Assembly (NCBI GenBank): GCA_032718475.1
Contig: JAUCBJ010007749.1
Coordinates: 5,291-69,290 of the forward strand
Source: Nemertoderma westbladi
Lineage: Eukaryota > Animalia > Xenacoelomorpha
Direction: 5' to 3'
Length of the DNA: 64,000 bases
Part shown: piece after piece, positions 43,714-56,891 of the stretch
Layout of the letters: each line of letters opens with the position of its first letter
Numbering within the stretch: position 1 is the first letter of the stretch
Made by a program: the position numbers and the translations under genes
The notes under the pieces: generated by a model
The model's input: the letters and a program-made list of their open reading frames with translations, nothing else
Told to the model about the DNA's origin: nothing
Databases searched by the model: none

Positions 43714-44660
43714 ATTATTATTATTATATTATTATTTATTTATTTTATATTTATTATTAATAAATATTAATATTAATAAATCAAAGTTCGTTTTCTAGTA
43801 AAATAAGTAATACCCAGGCACAATAATATAGTATACTGTAGTACAAGTAGTAAACTACTGTATGCATATGCGCTAGTAAAGACAACCAGAGGGTTTCACT
43901 TAGGGTTGGGCGTAGACATGGGCCAATATACAATTAAACTGCCATTATTATTCATACTATAATATCATATTATTATTACCATTCATTATTCTAGCTAATA
44001 ATTTTTCTACATTGTGTCAACTTATCAACGTTCTAATGATATCCTCGTAATGGAGCCACTAGTCATCATTCTATTCAATAAAATCCAATTCAATCTATTT
44101 ATTTCAGCATTATATTCCCTCCCATTGCACGTAGAGGTGAATGGTCATTAAATTGGTAACAAAATTATATTTATGTTTATTTTAATTATGTATTCTCCAT
44201 TGATGATAGATATTTTAGGCTAAGTGTAAGATTGTACAGTTCTTACTTTTAACTGCATTACTATTAACTGCAATTTTTTAGTATAAAAGGGATAAGAATT
44301 GGATTGATAAACATTACAATATTAAAAGCAAATAATTAAAGCATTCAACACTGTCAGTAAGTTGGCATAATATAACGAAATGATGGACACCATCATATAT
44401 CGTTTATAACTCTTGAATGTTTATGTAAACCGCCCACGTTGCGTTCGCTCGGTACATACTGTAAATACATTCGGGTCAAAACACTGAAATGTAGTACTTT
44501 TCACACAATCACAATGATGTATATAGTTAGGCTATATTTACTGTAAAATGGTTGTACTATTCAATTCAGTACAATGCTGAACAATTAAGTTAAATTTAAA
44601 GTATATGATTAAAATGTACTATAAAATGAACAATGTCCACAGATATGACCACAAAGTCCT

Positions 44661-46955
44661 TAACAACACCAACTCATTCCCTTTTTCTTCTCTAACGTTT
44701 AGGTAATGTAACAACATCAACTCATTCCCTTTCTCTTCTCTAACGTTTAGGTAATGTAACAACATCAACTCATTCCCTTTCTCTTCTCTAACGTTTAGGT
44801 AATGTAACAACACCAACTCATTCCCTTTCTCTTCTCTAACGTTTAGGTAACAACACCAACTCATTCCCTTTCTCTTCTCTAACGTTTAGGTAACAACACC
44901 AACTCATTCCCTTTCTCTTCTCTAACGTTTAGGTAACAACACCAACTCATTCCCATTTTCTTCTCTAACGTTTAGGTAATGTAACAACATCAACTCATTC
45001 CCTTTCCCTTCTCTAACGTTTAGGTAATGTAACACCAACTCATTCCCTTTCTCTTCTCTAACGTTTAGGTAATGTAACAACATCAACTCATTCCCTTTCT
45101 CTTCTCTAACGTTTAGGTAACAACACCAATTCATTCCCTTTCTCTTCTCTAACGTTTAGGTAATGTAACAACATCAACTCATTCCCTTTCTCTTCTCTAA
45201 CGTTTAGGTAACAACCCCAACTCATTCCCTTTCTCTTCTCTAACGTTTAGGTAACAACACCAACTCATTCCCATTTTCTTCTCTAACGTTTAGGTAATGT
45301 AACAACATCAACTCATTCCCTTTCTCTTCTCTAACGTTTAGGTAATGTAACAACATCAACTCATTCCCTTTCTCTTCTCTAACGTTTAGGTAACAACACC
45401 AACTCTTTCCCTTTCTCTTCTCTAACGTTTAGGTAATGTAACAACATCAACTCATTCCCTTTCTCTTCTCTAACGTTTAGGTAATGTAACAACATCAACT
45501 CATTCCCTTTCTCTTCTCTAACGTTTAGGTAATGTAACAATATCAACTCATTCCCTCTCTCTTCTCTAGCGTTTAGGTAATGTAACAACATCAACTCATT
45601 CCCTTTCTCTTCTCTAACGTTTAGGTAATGTAACAACATCAACTCATTCCCTTTCTCTTCTCTAACGTTTAGGTTATGTAACAACATCAACTCATTCCCT
45701 TTCTCTTCTCTAACGTTTAGGTAATGTAACAACACCAACTCATTCCCTTTCTCTTCTCTAACGTTTAGGTAATGTAACAACATCAACTCATTCCCTTTCT
45801 CTTCTCTAACGTTTAGGTAACAACACAAACTCATTCCCTTTCTCTTCTCTAACGTTTAGGTAACAACACCAACTCATTCCCTTTTTCTTCTCTAACGTTT
45901 AGGTAATGTAATAACATCAACTCATTCCCTTTCTCTTCTCTAACGTTTAGGTAATGTAACAACATCAACTCATTCCCTTTCTCTTCTCTAACGTTTAGGT
46001 AACAACACCAACTCTTTCCCTTTCTCTTCTCTAACGTTTAGGTAATGTAACAACATCAACTCATTCCCTTTCTCTTCTCTAACGTTTAGGTAATGTAACA
46101 ATATCAACTCATTCCCTCTCTCTTCTCTAGCGTTTAGGTAATGTAACAACATCAACTCATTCCCTTTCTCTTCTCTAACGTTTAGGTAATGTAACAACAT
46201 CAACTCATTCCCTTTCTCTTCTCTAACGTTTAGGTAATGTAACAACATCAACTCATTCCCTTTCTCTTCTCTAACGTTTAGGTAATGTAACAACATCAAC
46301 TCATTCCCTTTCTCTTCTCTAACGTTTAGGTAATGTAACAACATCAACTCATTCCCTTTCTCTTCTCTAACGTTTAGGTAACAACACCAACTCTTTCCCT
46401 TTCTCTTCTCTAACGTTTAGGCAATGTAACAACATCAACTCATTCCCTTTCTCTTCTCTAACGTTTAGGTAATGTAACAACATCAACTCATTCCCTTTCT
46501 CTTCTCTAACGTTTAGGTAATGTAACAACATCAACTCATTCCCTTTCTCTTCTCTAACGTTTAGGTAATGTAAGAACATCAACTCATTCCCTTTCTCTTC
46601 TCTAACGTTTAGGTAATGTAACAACACCAACTCATTCCCCTTCTCTTCTCTAGCGTTTAGGTAATGTAACAACATCAACTCATTCCCTTTCTCTTCTCTA
46701 ACGTTTAGGTAATGTAACAACACCAACTCATTCCCCTTCTCTTCTCTAACGTTTAGGTAATGTAACAACATCAACTCATTCCCTTTCTCTTCTCTAACGT
46801 TTAGGTAATGTAAGAACATCAACTCATTCCCTTTCTCTTCTCTAACGTTTAGGTAATGTAACAACACCAACTCATTCCCCTTCTCTTCTCTAGCGTTTAG
46901 GTAATGAAACAACATCAACTCATTCCCCTTCTCTTCTCTTGCGTTTAGGTAATGT
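44661..46955. repeat. 48-bp minisatellite with a 43-bp variant, ~49 copies
   Basis: The unit is aacaacatcaactcattccctttctcttctctaacgtttaggtaatgt. Its first copy on the minus strand overlaps the last codons and stop of the basic-protein gene. Confidence 0.95.
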
Positions 46956-47099
46956 TTTCTTGTTGTGTGAAACCATTTTCATGAACTCCCAGCCTGTCAT
47001 CTCTGCTCGTTTTTGAGACTTGGCTGGATTGGTGCTAGTCTTTGCTTCATTATTTTCTCGAATTCTGGTACCGGTACTTATTCCTCGAATCTTTTTATC
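46920..47099 (-). CDS. Putative small basic protein, exon 2 (DKKIRGISTGTRIRE...KKTLPKRKRREGE*)
   Basis: A strong pyrimidine tract and acceptor (TTTTTATTATTTTATTTAG|GAT, AG at 47101-47100) precede 59 open codons and TGA at 46922-46920, in phase 0 with exon 1. Confidence 0.6.
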   Translation of the reverse strand, partial: DKKIRGISTGTRIRENNEAKTSTNPAKSQKRAEMTGWEFMKMVSHNKKTLPKRKRREGE

Positions 47100-47320
47100 C
47101 TAAATAAAATAATAAAAACAATAAAAAAAGAACCAAATAATTTTAGTTACAATATGATCTCACCTAGCAATTTATGTAGCTATATATATAATTCTAAATA
47201 ATTGTGACTAATGTAATCTTATACCAAAAAAAGTCTAGTAAACCAATCAGAATATAATTATAATGACATGGAGGTCCCAATGAGAAATAATAATAAATAA
47301 TTCCCTAATGAATATTTAAT

Positions 47321-47607
47321 CTGACCTTCTTCACTCCGCCACTCGGTCTTCCTCTAACGTTCGGACCTTCACTCCGCCACTCGGTCTACCTCTAACGTTC
47401 GACTGACCTTCACTCCGCCACTCGGTCTACCTCTAACGTTCGACTGACCTTCACTCCGCCACTCGGTCTACCTCTAACGTTCGACTGACCTTCACTCCAC
47501 CACTCGGTCTACCTCTAACGTTCGACTGACCTTCACTCCGCCACTCGGTCTACCTCTAACGTTCGACTGACCTTCACTCCGCCACTCGGTCTACCTCTAA
47601 CGTTCGA
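47321..47607. repeat. 41-bp minisatellite, 7 copies, each repeating the exon end and splice donor
   Basis: The minus-strand unit is TCGAACGTTAGAGGTAGACCGAGTGGCGGAGTGAAG|GTCAG. Confidence 0.9.
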
Positions 47608-47850
47608 CCCTCTCCTTTTCGACTTCCACTTTCCTTTCGTCCCCTTTCCTCTATGACTCTTTGACTTACTTCCTTTACCTCGGCGACTCCTTGACCTGCT
47701 CTTCTTTCCCTTACTACTTCCCTTTCTCGTCGTTCGTCTCCTTTTCTCCATTTCTTTCTTGCTTGTTTCCCCCCGATCGTCAACTAAACCCGAACCCCGC
47801 ACTTCAACCTGCTCCGCTCCATGATTGTCACTGTCTGCGCTCGCAGCCAT
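47572..47850 (-). CDS. Putative small basic (Lys/Arg/Ser-rich, protamine-like composition) protein, exon 1
   Basis: ATG 47850 opens 93 codons including KRRRTTRKGSSKGKKSRSRSRRGKGSKSKS, ending at the donor AAG|GTCAGT (GT at 47571-47570). Confidence 0.6.
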
Positions 47851-48118
47851 TAATATGGAAGAAAATAGTAGGCCTATCTAGATCAGATCCTTTTACGATG
47901 ACACACTAATTACTGTAAACTGTTAAATTTATATAAAATTACATTTACGTTTTGTGGAAACTAAAATGTAAAATTCTAGAATTCTGTCGTTAAAGTTTTA
48001 GCGCGCAGTGCAGAAGGGCGTGCTCCTCAGTTTGTACGTCATTGCTGCCACAATGACATATGCGTCGCTCACGTGGAGTACGTGACCACCTCCCGGTCTC
48101 TATTCGTAGTTTGTGGGC

Positions 48119-51100
48119 TGTACATAGCCGCTACTTACTGTAACCGTACATACAGTAGCAGCTACTTTACTGTACGTGTACATAGCCGCTACTTACTTTA
48201 ACCGTACATACAGTAGCAGCTACTTTACTGTACGTGTACATAGCCGCTACTTACTGTACCCGTACATACAGTAGTAGCTACTTTACTGTACGTGTACATA
48301 GCCGCTACTTACTGTACCCGTACATACAGTAGTAGCTACTTTACTGTACGTGTACATAGCCGCTACTTTACTGTACGTGTACATAGCCGCTACTTTACTG
48401 TACGTGTACATAGCCGCTACTTTACTGTACGTGTACATAGCCGCTACTTTACTGTACGTGTACATAGCAGCTACTTACTGTACCCGTACATACAGTAGTA
48501 GCTACTTTACTGTACGTGTACATAGCCGCTACTTTACTGTACGTGTACATAGCCGCTACTTACTGTACCCGTACATACAGTAGTAGCTACTTTACTGTAC
48601 GTGTACATAGCCGCTACTTTACTGTACGTGTACATAGCCGCTACTTTACTGTACGTGTACATAGCCGCTACTTACTGTACCCGTACATACAGTAGTAGCT
48701 ACTTTACTGTACGTGTACATAGCCGCTACTTACTGTACCCGTACATACAGTAGTAGCTACTTTACTGTACGTGTACATAGCCGCTACTTTACTGTACGTG
48801 TACATAGCCGCTACTTTAGTGTACGTGTACATAGCCGCTACTTACTGTACGTGTACATAGCCGCTACTTACTGTTCCCGTACATACAGTAGCTGCTACTT
48901 TACTGTACGTGTACATAGCCGCTACTTACTGTACCCGTACATACAGTAGTAGCTACTTTACTGTACGTGTACATAGCCGCTACTTTACTGTACGTGTACA
49001 TAGCCGCTACTTTAGTGTACGTGTACATAGCCGCTACTTACTGTACGTGTACATAGCCGCTACTTTACTGTACGTGTACATAGCCGCTACTTTACTGTAC
49101 GTGTACATAGCCGCTACTTTACTGTACGTGTACATAGCCGCTACTTTACTGTACGTGTACATAGCCGCTACTTTACTGTACGTGTACATAGCCGCTACTT
49201 ACTGTACGTGTGTACATAGCCGCTACTTTAGTGTACGTGTACATAGCCGCTACTTTACTGTACGTGTACATAGCCGCTACTTTACTGTACGTGTACATAG
49301 CCGCTACTTTACTGTACGTGTACATAGCCGCTACTTACTGTACGTGTACATAGCCGCTACTTTACTGTACGTGTACATAGCCGCTACTTACTGTACGTGT
49401 ACATAGCCGCTACTTTAGTGTACGTGTACATAGCCGCTACTTTACTGTACGTGTACATAGCCGCTACTTTACTGTACGTGTACATAGCTGCTACTTTACT
49501 GTACGTGTACATAGCCGCTACTTACTGTACCCGTACATACAGTAGCAGCTACTTTACTGTACGTGTACATAGCCGCTACTTTACTGTACGTGTACATAGC
49601 CGCTACTTACTGTACGTGTACATAGCCGCTACTTTAGTGTACGTGTACATAGCCGCTACTTTACTGTACGTGTACATAGCCGCTACTTTACTGTACGTGT
49701 ACATAACCGCTACTTTACTGTACGTGTACATAGCCGCTACTTACTGTACCCGTACATACAGTAGCAGCTACTTTACTGTACGTGTACATAGCCGCTACTT
49801 ACTGTACCCGTACATACAGTAGTAGCTACTTTACTGTACGTGTACATAGCCGCTACTTTACTGTACGTGTACATAGCCGCTACTTTACTGTACGTGTACA
49901 TAGCCGCTACTTACTGTACCCGTACATACAGTAGTAGCTACTTTACTGTACGTGTACATAGCCGCTACTTTACTGTACGTGTACATAGCCGCTATTTTAC
50001 TGTACGTGTGCATAGCCGCTACTTACTGTAACCGTACATACAGTAGCAGCTACTTTACTGTACGTGTACATAGCCGCTACTTACTGTACCCGTACATACA
50101 GTAGTAGCTACTTTACTGTACGTGTACATAGCCGCTACTTTACTGTACGTGTACATAGCCGCTACTTTACTGTACGTGTACATAGCCGCTACTTTACTGT
50201 ACGTGTACATAGCCGCTACTTACTGTACCCGTACATACAGTAGTAGCTACTTTACTGTACGTGTACATAGCCGCTACTTTACTGTACGTGTACATAGCCG
50301 CTACTTTACTGTACGTGTACATAGCCGCTACTTACTGTACCCGTACATACAGTAGCAGCTACTTTACTGTACGTGTACATAGCCGCTACTTACTGTACCC
50401 GTACATACAGTAGTAGCTACTTTACTGTACGTGTACATAGCCGCTACTTTACTGTACGTGTACATACAGTAGTAGCTACTTTACTGTACGTGTACATAGC
50501 CGCTACTTTACTGTACGTGTACATAGCCGCTACTTTACTGTACGTGTACATAGCCGCTACTTACTGTACGTGTACATAGCCGCTACTTTACTGTACGTGT
50601 ACATAGCCGCTACTTACTGTACCCGTACATACAGTAGTAGCTACTTTACTGTACGTGTACATAGCCGCTACTTTACTGTACGTGTACATAGCCGCTACTT
50701 TACTGTACGTGTACATAGCCGCTACTTACTGTACCCGTACATACAGTAGTAGCTACTTTACTGTACGTGTACATAGCCGCTACTTTACTGTACGTGTACA
50801 TAGCCGCTACTTTAGTGTACGTGTACATAGCCGCTACTTACTGTACCCGTACATACAGTAGTAGCTACTTTACTGTACGTGTACATAGCCGCTACTTTAC
50901 TGTACGTGTACATAGCCGCTACTTTACTGTACGTGTACATAGCCGCTACTTTACTGTACGTGTACATAGCCGCTACTTTACTGTACGTGTACATAGCCGC
51001 TACTTTACTGTACGTGTACATAGCCGTTACTATAGTGTACGTGTACATAGCCGCTACTTACTGTACCCGTACATACAGTAGTAGCTACTTTACTGTACGT

Positions 51101-53797
51101 GTACATAGCCGCTACTTTACTGTACGTGTACATAGCCGCTACTTTACTGTACGTGTACATAGCCGCTACTTTACTGTACGTGTAAATAGCCGCTACTTTA
51201 CTGTACGTGTACATAGCCGCTACTTTACTGTACGTGTACATAGCCGGTACTTTACTGTACGTGTAAATAGCCGCTACTTTACTGTACGTGTACATAGCCG
51301 CTACTTACTGTACTCGTACATACAGTAGTAGCTACTTTACTGTACGTGTACATAGCCGCTACTTTAATGTACGTGTACATAGCCGCTACTTTACTGTACG
51401 TGTACATAGCCGCAATTTTACTGTACGTGTGCATAGCCGCTACTTACTGTAACCGTACATACAGTAGCAGCTACTTTACTGTACGTGTACATAGCCGCTA
51501 CTTTACTGTACGTGTACATAGCCGCTACTTTACTGTACGTGTACATAGCCGCTACTTACTGTACGTGTACATAGCCGCTACTTTACTGTACGTGTACATA
51601 GCCGCTACTTACTGTACCCGTACATACAGTAGTAGCTACTTTACTGTACGTGTACATAGCCGCTACTTTACTGTACGTGTACATAGCCGCTACTTTACTG
51701 TACGTGTACATAGCCGCTACTTACTGTACCCGTACATACAGTAGTAGCTACTTTACTGTACGTGTACATAGCCGCTACTTTACTGTACGTGTACATAGCC
51801 GCTACTTTACTGTACGTGTACATAGCCGCTACTTACTGTACGTGTACATAGCCGCTACTTTACTGTACGTGTACATAGCCGCTACTTACTGTACCCGTAC
51901 ATACAGTAGTAGCTACTTTACTGTACGTGTACATAGCCGCTACTTTACTGTACGTGTACATAGCCGCTACTTTAGTGTACGTGTACATAGCCGCTACTTT
52001 ACTGTACGTGTACATAGCCGCTATTTTACTGTACGTGTGCATAGCCGCTACTTACTGTAACCGTACATACAGTAGCAGCTACTTTACTGTACGTGTACAT
52101 AGCCGCTACTTTACTGTACGTGTACATAGCCGCTACTTTACTGTACGTGTACATAGCCGCTACTTACTGTACGTGTACATAGCCGCTACTTTACTGTACG
52201 TGTACATAGCCGCTACTTACTGTACCCGTACATACAGTAGTAGCTACTTTACTGTACGTGTACATAGCCGCTACTTTACTGTACGTGTACATAGCCGCTA
52301 CTTTACTGTACGTGTACATAGCCGCTACTTTACTGTACGTGTACATAGCCGCTACTTTACTGTACGTGTACATAGCCGCTACTTACTGTACGTGTACATA
52401 GCCGCTACTTTACTGTACGTGTACATAGCCGCTACTTACTGTACCCGTACATACAGTAGTAGCTACTTTACTGTACGTGTACATAGCCGCTACTTTACTG
52501 TACGTGTACATAGCCGCTACTTTACTGTACGTGTACATAGCCGCTACTTATTGTACCCGTACATACAGTAGCAGCTACTTTACTGTACGTGTACATAGCC
52601 GCTACTTACTGTACGTGTACATAGCCGCTACTTTACTGTACGTGTACATAGCCGCTACTTACTGTACGTGTACATAGCCGCTACTTTACTGTACGTGTAC
52701 ATAGCCGCTACTTACTGTACCCGTACATACAGTAGTAGCTACTTTACTGTACGTGTACATAGCCGCTACTTTACTGTACGTGTACATAGCCGCTACTTTA
52801 CTGTACGTGTACATAGCCGCTACTTTACTGTACGTGTACATACAGTAGTAGCTACTTTACTGTACGTGTACATAGCCGCTACTTTACTGTACGTGTACAT
52901 AGCCGCTACTTTACTGTACGTGTACATAGCCGCTACTTACTGTACGTGTACATAGCCGCTACTTTACTGTACGTGTACATAGGCGCTACTTACTGTACCC
53001 GTACATACAGTAGTAGCTACTTTACTGTACGTGTACATAGCCGCTACTTTACTGTACGTGTACATAGCCGCTACTTTACTGTACGTGTACATAGCCGCTA
53101 CTTTACTGTACGTGTACATAGCCGCTACTTACTGTACCCGTACATACAGTAGTAGCTACTTTACTGTACGTGTACATAGCCGCTACTTTACTGTACGTGT
53201 ACATAGCCGCTACTTTAGTGTACGTGTACATAGCCGCTACTTTACTGTACGTGTACATAGCCGCTATTTTACTGTACGTGTGCATAGCCGCTACTTACTG
53301 TAACCGTACATACAGTAGCAGCTACTTTACTGTACGTGTACATAGCCGCTACTTACTGTACCCGTACATACAGTAGTAGCTACTTTACTGTACGTGTACA
53401 TAGCCGCTACTTTACTGTACGTGTACATAGCCGCTACTTTACTGTACGTGTACATAGCCGCTACTTTACTGTACGTGTACATAGCCGCTACTTACTGTAC
53501 CCGTACATACAGTAGTAGCTACTTTACTGTACGTGTACATAGCCGCTACTTACTGTACCCGTACATACAGTAGTAGCTACTTTACTGTACGTGTACATAG
53601 CCGCTACTTTACTGTACGTGTACATAGCCGCTACTTTACTGTACGTGTACATAGCCGCTACTTAATGTACCCGTACATACAGTAGCAGCTACTTTACTGT
53701 ACGTGTACATAGCCGCTACTTACTGTTCCCGTACATACAGTAGCAGCTACTTTACTGTACGTGTACATAGCCGCTACTTACTGTACCGTACATACAT
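48119..53797. repeat. 5.7-kb satellite of 27/26-bp units interspersed with a 32-bp variant, roughly 200 units
   Basis: The units are GTGTACATAGCCGCTACTTTACTGTAC and CCGTACATACAGTAGTAGCTACTTTACTGTAC. Confidence 0.95.
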
Positions 53798-53798
53798 G

Positions 53799-54115
53799 AT
53801 AAAATTATATCGAATTAAAATACCAAAAGTATGCCATAGATAATGTCAACATTAATAACGACGGTCGATCTGGTTCCATTATTTAATTACGAAGGTCGAT
53901 AATGTCAACATTAATAACGACGGTCGATCTGATAATGTCAACATTAATAACGACGGTCGATCTGGTTCCAGTATTTCATTACAACGCACTATAATTATCA
54001 GCATTTAATTAAGACGTTCGATAATTTGCAGTATTTAATTAGTGACGCTCGATGTTGGTACCTTTATCGGCCGTCATAAAATTATATCGAATTAAAATAC
54101 CAAAAGTATGCCATA
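53799..54115. repeat. 317-bp segment bounded by identical 40-bp direct repeats, with internal subrepeats
   Basis: ATAAAATTATATCGAATTAAAATACCAAAAGTATGCCATA occurs at 53799-53838 and 54076-54115, and gataatgtcaacattaataacgacggtcgatctg occurs three times inside. The satellite resumes briefly afterwards. Confidence 0.8.
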
Positions 54116-54203
54116 CATAGCCGCTACTTACTGTACATGTACATAGCTAAGTTACCTACCAGTTATCTAATTATTCTATTGTGCTTATATCATAGTCAAT
54201 AAA

Positions 54204-54204
<1 letters not shown>

Positions 54205-54234
<30 letters not shown>

Positions 54235-54374
54235 CATACATACATACATACATACATACATACATACATACATACATACATACATACATACATACATACA
54301 TACATACATACATACATACATACATACATACATACATACATACATACATACATACATACATACATACATACATA
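54205..54374. repeat. (TACA)n microsatellite, ~42 copies
   Basis: Perfect tetranucleotide run. Confidence 0.97.
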
Positions 54375-55249
54375 ATGTACGTCCCAATGTAAGTTTTGTG
54401 TTGTTGTTGGCCACAGTCAGAAACTACTGTACGAATATTTAACACCTCACCGATGAAAAATGAGATTGTCAATGACACAGGTTACAGCCTAATTTTTTGT
54501 AGTTATCAGCTATTAGATGCGTAGATTTCCCATGGAGAGGTATGAATTTTGGTTGACTTCAGAGTCCCCCTTACCTGGAATTCCGACACTAACGCAATGG
54601 GCGTTCGATGGATGTACGTACAATATACATGATGTATGGTCTATCGACCATATTGTCTGTATTTTAGTACTGAAACCGCTCTACTGTACACTGAAATACT
54701 GATGATAATAACACGCGTGGCTATGGGCGGCAGCTACGCGTAGTTAAGCGCATCACAAAAGCGTATACGCGTAGCAGCTACATTAAACTAAATACTGAAT
54801 GCTGTAGTAGCTAAATGTTAAAGCCCTAAAATCCGTAGGCCTAACTGCCTAAGCGTAGGTGGGAAAGATTTGCACACTAACTGTACACTGTAACTGACTG
54901 TGTAACTGAGTATGCTTATCCCATATCCAGTTATTTCAGTATGGGTATCTCACATGATCTCTGCATCTGTTTATTCTGTAATCACTATTGCACTAGTCAG
55001 CTAGTAATCATAGGCCTACAGTCATAAGGCATTACACAGCTAAAATTATTGTATTGTATACTCTACCGGTTCCGGTATTGACAACAGGACAGTCAGATAG
55101 TGTACATTCAGACATTACTGCATTAGGCCTACCGGCTGACCGGCTCTATCACTTTTGCGTACCGATGTTAGTGTAGGGACACGGACATCATTGACCGGTT
55201 CGGGCCAATTTTTTACTTAACCACAAGCGAACTGATTTTATCCGACTGT

Positions 55250-56778
55250 TGTCGTGTGTCGTGGAACTGTGCCGGTGCCGGACTTGGCGAGAAATATCTC
55301 TACCCACCGGTTTTTAAGATTTTTACTGTTTACGATTTAATATTTTTACAAGCACGTTATAATTTTAGCGTACCAGGTTTTAATGTGGTACCGGTACATA
55401 ACCCCAGCCGTGACAGCCTTAGGGGCGGAGTGGCTGTGCTGTGTTAATACATAATATGGAATGGCTGTAAAGTAAAATCCATAAGAACTGATGTACATGA
55501 CATTTTATGGGTTAGCTTAATTGATTTCCCTAATATTGATTTTGCTTGTGTTTATATCTGTATATTGCACCATCTGATAATCGATATTACGACCCGATAA
55601 TTTGGGCCGAAATACGGTCCCATATATTTGACATGAGTCATTGCAGTGAGTAGCAACCCGCTCAGTTGTACTTTTGGGGGATTTTAATGCACGGATAGGG
55701 TCGCTACTCACGCGTACCATTTCCCAGGTATTAGTTACAGAACCCCTGACGATTTACGGTATGTATTAATGAACACGGCAGACGTTTTATTCAATTACTG
55801 GTTGATTGTAAAGTTGTAAACCTTAGTTATGGTTCATTTGGTGACGTAATATTTGGTGGTGCATTTACGTATCGGAAGAAAGGTAATTATATTTCGGAAC
55901 TCGATCGTGCTGTTGTGAGCTATGATATTATCAATAGAGTAACAGAATTTGGGGTGATTGACATGTGGTTACCATCGGATCATGATGCAATTTTTATGTG
56001 TCTGAAACCCGATAACGTACCGTCCGCTGTACAACTGTTGGCTCGCTCCGAGATTTTGGGTAGTTACAATGTGAGTGAGCCAAACCAATCGCATCCGTGT
56101 AGGAAGCCAATTAAATGCGCACAGGTTATCACAACGAATTTTCGATTGTCCCTCCGTTCTCACGACACTCTTATCGGCCGGGATCTCACCAACAACGACT
56201 ACGGCGAGGCTTTTGCGAATGCAATTGACGACGCAGCGAGGTCGGCTAAGCCTGCCGGAATGTCCTTTCCCAGTGTAGTGTAGGTACAGGTACCTTCGAC
56301 CCCAACCAAGTCTGGAACGAGCTGGCCGCCAGTCGTAGCGAGCGATCTATCTGGGAGAGAATCAACTGGAAGGGCGGCCTCGAACCCAGTTCATCCATGT
56401 CGGCAAGCGACAACTCCCCATTGGAGCAGGAGTTTGCCACACATTTTGGAAAGCTGTTATGTAACGACAGCCAGACCACCGGTCCAGGAGACATATCGAC
56501 TAGTGAATATCCATTTATCCCAGTCCTAGATTCGCCAATAACCATAGAGGAAGTTACCGCAGGTATAGACTCTTAGAAACCTAATAAGGCCGCTGGTTCT
56601 GACGGTATTTCTCCCGGCCTCTTAAAATTTCTCCCGCAAAACTGGAAATTATTTATTGTAACATTATTTAACTCCGTTTTCTTTGGTCCCTCATTCCCGG
56701 CTTCCTGGTGCCAATCTCGGCTCGTGACGGTGTTTAAACGCGGATCGAGGTTAATCTGTTCTAACTATCGTGGCATTT
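55250..56778 (+). mobile_element. Decayed APE-type LINE (CR1/L2/Jockey-like), endonuclease to start of RT
   Basis: The motifs SWNCAG, GGVAV, GDFNARIG, SELDRAVV, SDHDAI, ITIEEV, NKAAGSDGISP, PASW and NYRGI are present with stops and frameshifts. Confidence 0.8.
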
Positions 56779-56779
56779 T

Positions 56780-56891
56780 GTTGCGATATTTATGCGACTG
56801 AACGCAAGTAGTTGCGATATTTATGCGACTGAACGCAAGTTGTTGCGATATTTATGTGACTAAACGCAAGTTGTTGCGATATTTATGCGAC
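56780..56891. repeat. 31-bp tandem repeat, ~3.6 copies, at the LINE break point
   Basis: The unit is GTTGCGATATTTATGCGACTGAACGCAAGT(A/T). Confidence 0.85.

Noticed and set aside
44619-46918. ORFs reading LLHYLNVREEKGNELM
   Set aside because: These are translations of a minisatellite whose 43-bp variants break the frame repeatedly.
44661-46955. TTTAGG in each unit as a telomeric repeat
   Set aside because: It is a single hexamer per 48-bp unit, derived from the CCTAAA (Pro-Lys) codons of the adjacent exon, and not a telomeric run.
48283-53376. ORFs reading YIAATLLYV or VRVHSRYFT
   Set aside because: These are satellite translations with constant frame switching from 26/27/32-bp units.
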